Shown in pieces: positions 27,342 to 35,061 of a stretch of 64,000 bases of DNA (position 1 is its first letter; every line of letters starts with the position of its first letter). Origin of the DNA: an uncultured Acidimicrobiaceae bacterium (GTDB lineage Bacteria; Actinomycetota; Acidimicrobiia; Acidimicrobiales; Bog-793); NCBI GenBank assembly GCA_963719125.1, contig CAVRAT010000012.1, positions 133,031 to 197,030 on the forward strand, given 5' to 3'. The translations under genes were made by a program, and so were the position numbers. Below the pieces are notes generated by a model. It ran no database searches. It was given only the letters and a program-made list of their open reading frames with translations, and was not told where the DNA came from.

Positions 27342-27506
27342 GCGGTTCTCCTCCCGACGGTTCGAGTCAATCCCGGCACCGCGCCCCGAAGGACGACCGC
27401 GGGCATGCCAGGACGTACTTTGAAAGAGACCCGGCCGGGCCTCGCTGCCATGGTAGCTGGTCAGCCGCAGGCCTTCAGCACCGATGCCGGCGCCAGGCGC
27501 CTGGCG

Positions 27507-28286
27507 TCAGGTCAGCTCGTCGCGCAGCCGCTGCCTCAGGTGGAGCACCGCCTTGGTGTGGATCTGGCAGGCGCGGCTCTCGGTCACACCCAGGATCTCG
27601 CCGATCTCGGCGAGGTTCAGACCCTCGTAGTAGTACAGCGTGAGCACTTTGCGCTCGCGGTCGTCCAGCCTTTGGATCGCCTTCGCGAGCTGTCGCCGGG
27701 TCTCCTCGAGCTCGATGGTCGCACCGGGAGCATCACCTTGGTCCTGCAGGGTGTCGCCGAGCGTCTGGCCACCGCTGCCACCCTGGCGGAACAGGACGTC
27801 GTCGAGTTGCAACAGCCCGGCGCGAGAGGTCTGGCGGAGGATGTCGTCGAGATCGCCCGTCGTCATCTCGAGCTCGTCGGCGAGCTCGCGATCAGTCGGT
27901 GAACGACCGAGCTGACCTTCGAGCTTGGAGAGCGCCGCGTCGACGGCGCGCGCCTTCGCGCGGACCGACCGCGGCACCCAGTCGATCGAGCGGAGCTCGT
28001 CGAGGATGGCACCGCGCACGCGCGGCACGCCGTAGGTCTCGAACTTGATCGCCCGCGAGGGGTCGAACTTCTCGATGGCGTCGATCAGCCCGAGGATGCC
28101 GTAGCTCACGAGGTCGGAGTAGTCGACGTGACTCGGCATGGCGGCGGCGACACGGCCGGCGACGTACTTCACGAGCGGCGAGTAGTGAAGGATCAGCCGG
28201 TCGCGGGCGGACTGGTCTGCGGTCGCCTTGAAATCCGCCCACAGCTCGTCGACGGATTGGATGCGGTCGGTCCCGGTCTGGGTCAT
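27507..28286 (-). CDS. FliA/WhiG-family (sigma-28 type) RNA polymerase sigma factor
   Basis: Regions 2-4 are recognisable (YSDLVSYGILGLIDAIEKFD, LNLAEIGEILGVTESRACQIHTKA). The ATG overlaps the xerC stop (ATGA). Confidence 0.85.
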   Translation of the reverse strand: MTQTGTDRIQSVDELWADFKATADQSARDRLILHYSPLVKYVAGRVAAAMPSHVDYSDLVSYGILGLIDAIEKFDPSRAIKFETYGVPRVRGAILDELRSIDWVPRSVRAKARAVDAALSKLEGQLGRSPTDRELADELEMTTGDLDDILRQTSRAGLLQLDDVLFRQGGSGGQTLGDTLQDQGDAPGATIELEETRRQLAKAIQRLDDRERKVLTLYYYEGLNLAEIGEILGVTESRACQIHTKAVLHLRQRLRDELT

Positions 28287-29170
28287 CAGGCTCTCGGGTG
28301 AGCGCTTCGGTACGCTCCGACCAGTCGATCGGTGGACACGTGGGTGTAGATCTCCGTGGTTCTCAAGCTCGCGTGACCGAGCAGCTCCTGCACGACTCGC
28401 AGGTCAGCCCCGCCGTCGACGAGATGGGTCGCGTAGGTGTGGCGGAGCGCATGGGGATGGGTCGGCACCGGTGAGCGGCGGTCCAGGACCCGGCGCACAT
28501 CGCGCGCGGTCATCTGGCGGCCGCGCCGGTTGATGAACAGCGATCCTTGAGGAGTCGACCCGTTCACGAGCGCCGCGCGCCCGGAGGCGACATAGCGGCC
28601 GACCGCCTCGACAGCCGCGTGACTCATGGGCACGCGGCGCTGCTTGCCGCCCTTGCCCCAGACGGTCACGGACCGGCTCTTGAGATCGACATCACCCAAG
28701 GCGAGCCCACAGAGCTCCGCGACTCGCAGACCACTGCCGTAGAGGAGCTCGAGCAGGGCGTCGTCGCGCCTATCGACCGAAGCGGGCAGCTTGGCCCGCG
28801 ATGGATCTGGCACGGGCTCGAGGAGAGCCTTCAGCTCCAAAAGCGCCAGCACGCGCGGCAGGCGTGCCTCTCCCTGCGGGGCCGACAGGCGCCGGGAAGG
28901 GTCGACGCTTATGAGCTCATGACGGCGCAACCACGCGAAGTAGCGCCGGATTGCGGCCGCCTTCCTTGCGATTGTCCTGCGCGAGTACCTGCGCGTCGCA
29001 AGGTACGCCAAGTAGCGCCGCAGCATGAGACGGTCGACCTTGCCCGGGTCCGAAACTCCGGCCCGCCCCGCCCACGCCACGAACGCCTCGACGTCGCCCC
29101 GGTACGCCCGGCGGGTCGCCGACGCGTCCGAGGCGAGCGAGCGCACAAAGTCTTCGAGCTCAAAGCCCAC
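28286..29170 (-). CDS. xerC: tyrosine recombinase XerC
   Basis: HALRHTYATHLVDGGADLRVVQELLGHASLRTTEIYTHV catalytic region and an N-terminal SAM-like domain. Confidence 0.88.
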   Translation of the reverse strand: MGFELEDFVRSLASDASATRRAYRGDVEAFVAWAGRAGVSDPGKVDRLMLRRYLAYLATRRYSRRTIARKAAAIRRYFAWLRRHELISVDPSRRLSAPQGEARLPRVLALLELKALLEPVPDPSRAKLPASVDRRDDALLELLYGSGLRVAELCGLALGDVDLKSRSVTVWGKGGKQRRVPMSHAAVEAVGRYVASGRAALVNGSTPQGSLFINRRGRQMTARDVRRVLDRRSPVPTHPHALRHTYATHLVDGGADLRVVQELLGHASLRTTEIYTHVSTDRLVGAYRSAHPRA

Positions 29171-29257
29171 CTCTCCACGGTACCCGAGACGCGCGCGGAA
29201 AGTGCTGTTCCGTCATCAATTCGGTCCTGCCCCCCGGAGACTCCAACTTGAGCGACA

Positions 29258-29959
29258 ATGGAGGCCATGGCCCACAGAGTGCTGCTAGTGGAGGACGACG
29301 AACGGATCCGCGCTTCAATGCGTCTTTCGCTCGAGGACGAAGGCTACGAGGTCGAAGAGGCGGGCACCGGCGAGGAGGCGATTGAGCTCCAGACTCAAGC
29401 GCTCGTCTCGAATCCGTTCGATTTGCTCGTCGTCGACATCATGCTGCCCGGCATGGACGGATTCGAGTGCTGCCGTGAACTGCGAAAAGCCAGTGCCGTC
29501 CCGATAATCATGGTCACGGCACGTACAGACACCCATGACGTCGTGGCCGGCCTCGAGGCCGGTGCCGACGACTACGTCACCAAACCGTTCGAGCCCAAGG
29601 AGCTCGCCGCCCGTATCAGAGCGTTGCTGCGACGCGCCCGCGCCGGCGAACCGGGGCTCGTGCAGCTCGAGTTCGGCGATCTCGAGATCCTCCCCGAAGC
29701 CGGTGTCGTGCGACGCCACGGCGAGGAAGTCCACCTGACGCGCACCGAGTTCCTGCTGCTGTGCGAGCTCGCCTCCAACGCGGGCAAGGTGCTCTCGCGT
29801 GAGCAGCTGCTCGAACGTGTCTGGAGCTACGACTACTTCGGGGACGGGCGGCTCGTCGATGTCCATGTTCGGCGACTTCGCACCAAGATCGAGAGTGACC
29901 CGAGTGAGCCACGTCACGTGCTCACCGTGCGTGGCCTCGGATACAAGCTCGCTCCGTAG
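29258..29959 (+). CDS. mtrA: OmpR-family response regulator, MtrA-like
   Basis: Receiver domain (VVDIMLPGMDG, MVTARTDTHDVVAGLEAGADDYVTKPF) plus winged-helix output (RGLGYKL). Confidence 0.88.
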   Translation: MEAMAHRVLLVEDDERIRASMRLSLEDEGYEVEEAGTGEEAIELQTQALVSNPFDLLVVDIMLPGMDGFECCRELRKASAVPIIMVTARTDTHDVVAGLEAGADDYVTKPFEPKELAARIRALLRRARAGEPGLVQLEFGDLEILPEAGVVRRHGEEVHLTRTEFLLLCELASNAGKVLSREQLLERVWSYDYFGDGRLVDVHVRRLRTKIESDPSEPRHVLTVRGLGYKLAP

Positions 29960-29961
29960 TC

Positions 29962-31443
29962 ATGCCGGCCGACGTTGTGGCGACAGATCGCGTTTCGCCA
30001 GCGTTCCCGGCCGTTCCGACAAGCGGCCCCGAGCCCGCCCCCCCGCACAAGAAGCGGCGCCTGGGGCTACGTGCCCGGGTCACGACGGCGTTCGCGCTGG
30101 GGGCGCTCGCCCTCTCCAGCGTCCTTGCAGGTATCGGCTACCTGGCGGTCCGCAGCTCGATCGTCAACCAGCAGCTGACCTCCATGCGGCACCAGGCCCT
30201 GGCGAACGCAGTCCTCTTGCGCGGTGAGCTCAGAGTCCCGACCGCCTACATCCCGGCGCTGATCACGACGCTCGATTCGGGGCCGAACACCGACTCGCTC
30301 ATCTACAGCTCGCAACACTGGTACCCGTCGGCCGCCACCTTGTCACCGACTCAATTGCCTTTGGCGCTGAGAGGACGGGTGCTCACGGGCACGTCGGCCT
30401 GGCAGGTCATCGCGTCCGGCGGAACCGCGGAGCTCATCGTCGGGGTGCCGATCCACGCCCAGTCCAGCTTTCACAGCGTGAACGCTGCCTACTTCGAGAT
30501 ATTCGACTTGTCTGACCTCACGAGAACCCTGCACGCCCTGCTCGTCGCGCTCATGATCGCAGCCCTGATCACCACGGTGGCGGGAGCCGTGCTGGGCCGT
30601 TGGGCGGCCGCCCGCACGCTGCGGCCGTTGCGCGAGACGACGCAGGCCGCCCTCGCGATCGCCGGAGGGCGTCTCGACACACGCCTCGAGAGCGCCGACT
30701 TCGCGGACCTGGCACCTTTTGCTTCGGCTTTCAATCAAATGGTCGACCAGCTCCAGGAACGCATCGAACGTGAGGCCCGGTTCGCCTCCGACGTCAACCA
30801 TGAGCTGCGTTCCCCGCTCACGACCCTCGCCAACTCGCTCTCGGTGCTGGAAGCCCGGCGCGACGAGCTGCCGCCGAGGGCGCTCCAGGCGCTCGACTTG
30901 CTCGGGGCCGAGGTGCGAAGGTTCCGGCGGCTCGTCGACGAGCTTCTCGAGATCTCCCGCTTTGACGCCACGGCCGGCGACATATCCCGCGACGAGGTGA
31001 CAGTGGGCGCACTCGTCGAGCACACGGTCCTGGCGACCGGTGCCGACGTGCCCATACGCTTCGCGCCCGGAGTCGCGTCACAGCACATCCTCGTGGACAA
31101 ACGCCGTTTCGAAAGGATCTTCGCCAACCTTTTCGAGAACGCGCAACGCTATGCCGGAGGCGTGACACTGCTGGCCATCGAGGATCACGGCGATTCCGTG
31201 CGTTTCCTCGTCGAGGACGCCGGGCCGGGCATCGCCCCCGAGGAGCGGGACCGGATCTTCGAGCGGTTCTCGCGTGGCTCCACGGGCCGGCGCCGCGGCC
31301 TTGGTGACGGCACCGGCCTCGGGCTGGCGATCGTCGCGCAGCATGTGAGACAACATGGTGGCAAGGTGTGGGTCGAGGACCGTGCAGGTGGAGGCTCGCG
31401 TTTCGTGGTCGAACTCCCGTCTTGGAGCGAGGTCGTGGCATGA
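29962..31443 (+). CDS. mtrB: sensor histidine kinase, MtrB-like
   Basis: Two TM segments, a HAMP domain, an H-box (DVNHELRSPLT) and N/G boxes (FENAQRYA, DAGPGI, GTGLGLAIV). Confidence 0.85.
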   Translation: MPADVVATDRVSPAFPAVPTSGPEPAPPHKKRRLGLRARVTTAFALGALALSSVLAGIGYLAVRSSIVNQQLTSMRHQALANAVLLRGELRVPTAYIPALITTLDSGPNTDSLIYSSQHWYPSAATLSPTQLPLALRGRVLTGTSAWQVIASGGTAELIVGVPIHAQSSFHSVNAAYFEIFDLSDLTRTLHALLVALMIAALITTVAGAVLGRWAAARTLRPLRETTQAALAIAGGRLDTRLESADFADLAPFASAFNQMVDQLQERIEREARFASDVNHELRSPLTTLANSLSVLEARRDELPPRALQALDLLGAEVRRFRRLVDELLEISRFDATAGDISRDEVTVGALVEHTVLATGADVPIRFAPGVASQHILVDKRRFERIFANLFENAQRYAGGVTLLAIEDHGDSVRFLVEDAGPGIAPEERDRIFERFSRGSTGRRRGLGDGTGLGLAIVAQHVRQHGGKVWVEDRAGGGSRFVVELPSWSEVVA

Positions 31444-32027
31444 GACTCCGCAGGCTCGTCGCGCTCGGGTGCCTCGCTTTGGTCATGACCGCAGTTGCGG
31501 GTTGCGGGCTCCCGGTCGACAGCACCCCACAGGCGATCCCGGCCGACGAGATGCCCCTCGCCCTGAGTGAGCCGAACGCCACCGTCCCCAGCGTCTCGAG
31601 GATCCTCGGCGCCATACCGGAGGAGATTTACCTTCTCGGACCTGACGCCCAGTTGGTGGCGCGAATCCGCTACCTGCGCCCACCGCCCACGCCACAGGAA
31701 ATGCTCGACGCCCTCGAGGCGGGGCCGTCGCCGACGGAATTGGACCAGGGGATCCAAAGCGCCATCCCGTCATCGGCCAACCTCGTTGCAGGTGCCCTCA
31801 CCGGGGGCAGCCTGACGGTGGTGCTCGACTCCAGCTTCGGGTCCCCGCGCCCGGGTCAAGCTACTTACGAGTTCGCGCAGATCGTCTACACCGTGACGTC
31901 CCTGCCGCAGGTCCACGGCGTGTTGTTCGAGTACGACGGCGCCATCATCCAGCCGGTGATCGGCAACGGCTCGTTCGCGACGAGCTTTGTCGTATACCGG
32001 TCCGACTACGCGCAACTGGTCCCCTGA
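31440..32027 (+). CDS. small GerMN-domain lipoprotein in the LpqB position
   Basis: The ATG overlaps the mtrB stop (ATGA). Signal plus lipobox MTAVAGC. The C-terminal half is GerMN-like (LTVVLDSSF..., VHGVLFEYDG). Confidence 0.7.
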   Translation: MRLRRLVALGCLALVMTAVAGCGLPVDSTPQAIPADEMPLALSEPNATVPSVSRILGAIPEEIYLLGPDAQLVARIRYLRPPPTPQEMLDALEAGPSPTELDQGIQSAIPSSANLVAGALTGGSLTVVLDSSFGSPRPGQATYEFAQIVYTVTSLPQVHGVLFEYDGAIIQPVIGNGSFATSFVVYRSDYAQLVP

Positions 32028-32275
32028 CGACCGCGCCGCGGGCGCCCTCGTCAGCGGCGAGTTCACCGGGCCGTGGGAACGTGATGGCCCGGACCGTCCC
32101 CAGACCTTTCGGCCAGTGGTTAAGGATCTCGTACCCGGGCATGGCGCGGTCGAGCAAGAGCGGATCTCTTGTGGCGGCCCGGCGGCATCACCCCGCTTCA
32201 GTCCGCAAGACACAGAGACGGCTGGCCCATCCGACGGCGCCGGCCACGGGTTTCTCCCGAAGCGTCGGGCAGAAC

Positions 32276-32635
32276 CTAGGTCTCGACCCCGACGCGACGA
32301 GCCTTCGGGCCGGGTTGATCCACGCGCGGTGCATCGGACCAGAGCCGCTCCAGGTCGTAGTACCGCCTCGCCTCGTCCAAGAACACGTGGACGACGAAGT
32401 CTCCGTAGTCCAACAACACCCAGCGGGCGTCGTCGAGGCCCTCTATGTAGCGGGGCGAGCCGCCTCCTTGCTCCTTGACGCGCAGCTCGATTTCCTCGGC
32501 GATCGTGCGGACCTGGCGCACATTGCTGCCGCTCGTGATGACGAAATGGTCCGTGATGCCGAGCAGGTCCCCGACGTCGAGCACGACGGTCGGATCAATG
32601 GTCTTGGACGAAGCGGCGTCAGCCGCGGCGAACAC
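32276..32635 (-). CDS. rsfS: ribosome silencing factor RsfS
   Basis: DHFVITSGSNVRQVRTIAEEI...WVLLDYGDFVVHVF...YYDLERLW. The GTG at 32635 gives a typical 119 aa. The longest ORF (to 32818) overlaps nadD. Confidence 0.85.
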   Translation of the reverse strand: MFAAADAASSKTIDPTVVLDVGDLLGITDHFVITSGSNVRQVRTIAEEIELRVKEQGGGSPRYIEGLDDARWVLLDYGDFVVHVFLDEARRYYDLERLWSDAPRVDQPGPKARRVGVET

Positions 32636-32756
32636 GCAGTCGGGGCTCAACGCGGCCGGACGGCCCTTTGCTCGAGCCGATCGAAGCGGACCGTGCCTGC
32701 ACGTCGCACACGACCGGACGCATCTGTCGGTGCGAACCGGAACGTCCCGTGGCGAC

Positions 32757-33368
32757 TCATCTGGGAACAGGGTACAGGCCGCGTTGGCGGATGACGCGGA
32801 TGGCTGGCATAGGAACAAGGAAGTCTAGGGGGCGCCCCGACGCAACTCGGTCGCGCAGGTCCGTGCTCGATATCTCCAGTGCCGGCACCTCGACCATGCG
32901 GACATCCCAGCCTTCCAAAGGGCTGTCCGGTCCCGAGGAGTCGATCGTCGTGCCCGGCCGGTTGACGACGACCAGGACGACCTTGGACCGAACCTCGCCG
33001 ATCCGCTCCCAGCACCCGAGCCCCGCGGCGGCATCGGCGCCGACGATCAGGTTGAGCTCGGCGTCGGGCCACCGTGCCTCGAGTTCGGCCACCGTGTCGG
33101 CGGTGTAGGACGGCCCACCGCGCTCGATCTCGATGCCACTCGCCTCCAGCCCGTCGACGCCTTCGACGGCCGCCTCCACCAGCGCCAAACGGTCGGCGGC
33201 AGGCGTGACGGGGCGGTTGCCCACCTTTTGCCACGGCTCGTTCGCCACGACGAGCAGGACCCGGTCGAGGCCGAGCTCATGTCTTGCGTTCACGGCCGCC
33301 ACCAGGTGACCGACGTGCACGGGGTCAAAGGTCCCCCCGAGAATGCCGAGTCGCCTAAGCCCGCCCAC
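32757..33368 (-). CDS. nadD: nicotinate-nucleotide adenylyltransferase
   Basis: GILGGTFDPVHVGHL motif and a C-terminal ISSTDLR. The GTG at 33368 lies within a much longer spurious ORF. Confidence 0.9.
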   Translation of the reverse strand: MGGLRRLGILGGTFDPVHVGHLVAAVNARHELGLDRVLLVVANEPWQKVGNRPVTPAADRLALVEAAVEGVDGLEASGIEIERGGPSYTADTVAELEARWPDAELNLIVGADAAAGLGCWERIGEVRSKVVLVVVNRPGTTIDSSGPDSPLEGWDVRMVEVPALEISSTDLRDRVASGRPLDFLVPMPAIRVIRQRGLYPVPR

Positions 33369-33446
33369 GAGCGAAGCGTAGCGATCGCCCGAGCCCGTCC
33401 CGGACCGCTGTCGGTCCGCGAGCTCGCGGCTGCCTACGCTGGTGAG

Positions 33447-34862
33447 GTGGCGACCACATCGGATTCTGTGCAACAGGGGCTCTTCGACAACACCGTCCCG
33501 GCGACGCCGGCACCGGCGCCTCAAGCGGGATGGCACCCGGCCTCGTGGCACACACGCCCCGCCGCCCAGCAGCCGTCCTGGCCGGACCGCGCGGCCCACG
33601 CCGAGGCCCTTGCCCAGCTCGCAAAGCTCCCGCCGCTCGTGTTCGCCGGCGAGGCGCGCCGGCTCACCCGCGCCCTCGGAGAGGTCGCCGCCGGCAGGGC
33701 GTTCCTCCTCCAGGCCGGCGACTGCGCCGAGTCCTTCGACGACTTCTCGGCAGACTCGATACGCGACAAGCTGAAGGTCATCTTGCAGATGGCCGTCGTG
33801 CTCACCTACGGCTCGGGCGTGCCGGTCGTGAAAGTGGGGCGCATCGCCGGACAGTTCGCCAAGCCGCGCTCTTCGGCGACCGAGCTCGTCGGCGGGGTCG
33901 AGCTGCCCGTGTTCCGCGGCCACATCATCAACGACGACACGCCGAGCGCGTCGGCGCGGGTGCCCGACCCCCGGCGCATGCTCGCCGCCTACCACCAGTC
34001 GGCCTCCACCTTGAACCTGCTCCGTGCCTTCACCAAGGGCGGCTTCGCCGACCTGTCGCAGGTGCATCTGTGGAACCTCGAGTTCCTCGCCACGAGTGCC
34101 GAGGGACAGCGCTTCGAAGCGATCGCGGAGGAGATCGACAGAGCGCTCCGGTTCATGAACGCTTGCGGCGTCGATCTCTCGGTCGACTCGCCGATACACC
34201 AGGTCGACCTTTTCACCAGCCACGAGGCCCTGCTGCTCGAGTACGAGGAGGCGCTCACCCGGAGGGACTCGCTCACGGGCGGCTGGTACGACTGCTCCGC
34301 CCATCTCGTCTGGATCGGGGAACGCACCCGCGAGATCAACGGGGCTCATGTCGAGTTCGCGTCGGGGATCGGGAACCCGGTCGAAGTCAAGCTCGGGCCG
34401 AGCGCGTCCCCGGACGAGGCCGTAGCGCTCTGCGAGCGGCTGAACCCGGACCGTGTGCCGGGCAGGCTCTCCTTCGTGACCCGGATGGGTGTCGACAAGG
34501 TCAAAAACGCCCTCCCGCCGCTTATTCGCGCGGTCAAGGCCGCCGGCCACCCGGTGGCCTGGGCGTGCGACCCGATGCACGGCAACACCTTCGCCAGCGA
34601 GACCGGCCACAAGACGCGCCACTTCGATGACGTGCTGGGGGAGATCCAAGGGTTCTTCGCGGTTCACAGAACCGAGGGGACCTGGCCGGGCGGGGTACAC
34701 ATCGAGTTGACCGGTGACGACGTCACGGAGTGCCTCGGTGGGATCGAGCACATCCGCGAGGCCCAGTTGCCGTTGCGGTACACGACCACCTGCGACCCGC
34801 GTTTGAACGCCCGGCAGTCCACCGACCTCGCCTTCCGCGTGGCCGAGCTCCTGCGCGGATGA
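33447..34862 (+). CDS. aroG: class II 3-deoxy-7-phosphoheptulonate (DAHP) synthase
   Basis: AAQQPSWPD...FLLQAGDCAESF...CDPMHGNT motifs of class II DAHPS. Start is GTG 33447 or 33468. Confidence 0.9.
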   Translation: MATTSDSVQQGLFDNTVPATPAPAPQAGWHPASWHTRPAAQQPSWPDRAAHAEALAQLAKLPPLVFAGEARRLTRALGEVAAGRAFLLQAGDCAESFDDFSADSIRDKLKVILQMAVVLTYGSGVPVVKVGRIAGQFAKPRSSATELVGGVELPVFRGHIINDDTPSASARVPDPRRMLAAYHQSASTLNLLRAFTKGGFADLSQVHLWNLEFLATSAEGQRFEAIAEEIDRALRFMNACGVDLSVDSPIHQVDLFTSHEALLLEYEEALTRRDSLTGGWYDCSAHLVWIGERTREINGAHVEFASGIGNPVEVKLGPSASPDEAVALCERLNPDRVPGRLSFVTRMGVDKVKNALPPLIRAVKAAGHPVAWACDPMHGNTFASETGHKTRHFDDVLGEIQGFFAVHRTEGTWPGGVHIELTGDDVTECLGGIEHIREAQLPLRYTTTCDPRLNARQSTDLAFRVAELLRG

Positions 34863-34912
34863 GGCCCTCCCCCGGTGGTTGTGGGGTCAGCGGTGAGAAA
34901 GTGACCAAAGTT

Positions 34913-34942
34913 TTGTATTTGTGACCGGGAGTGGTCTAGAAT
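34913..34942 (+). promoter_or_regulatory. candidate sigma-70-type promoter TTGTAT-N18-TAGAAT
   Basis: Lies in the only AT-rich patch between aroG and the giant ORF, ~120 nt upstream of ATG 35062. Confidence 0.4.
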
Positions 34943-34948
34943 CCACTC
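34929..34948. promoter_or_regulatory. inverted repeat GAGTGG-tctagaat-CCACTC overlapping the candidate -10
   Basis: Perfect 6-nt arms. GTGACC direct repeats at 34901 and 34921 lie just upstream. Confidence 0.35.
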
Positions 34949-35061
34949 TTAGCGTTCACAGCCGCTACAGAATGACCACATCGCTCTCCGGGCCGGTCGG
35001 CAAGCAGCCGGTAGTTCACGGCCCGCCTCGAAGCAACGGGGACGCCGGATCATGAGGTGCC

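Noticed and set aside
28286-29170. Tyrosine recombinase as a marker of an integrated mobile element
   Set aside because: The sequence and context (next to rpsB-tsf-pyrH-frr, as in other Actinobacteria) identify housekeeping XerC. There are no flanking direct repeats, tRNA or phage/plasmid genes.
31945-32157. 70-aa minus-strand ORF (MLDRAMPGYEILNHWPKGLG...) in the gap between the lpqB-like gene and rsfS
   Set aside because: It overlaps the 3' end of the lpqB-like gene by ~80 nt, has a low-complexity Arg/Ser tail, and has no SD or recognisable family.
32757-34751. 664-aa minus-strand ORF spanning nadD and running antisense through all of aroG
   Set aside because: Only its last ~204 codons (nadD) look like a real protein. 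The rest is Arg/Gly/Pro-rich, mirrors the GC3-rich aroG frame, and has no recognisable domain. It is a typical long antisense ORF in a high-GC genome.
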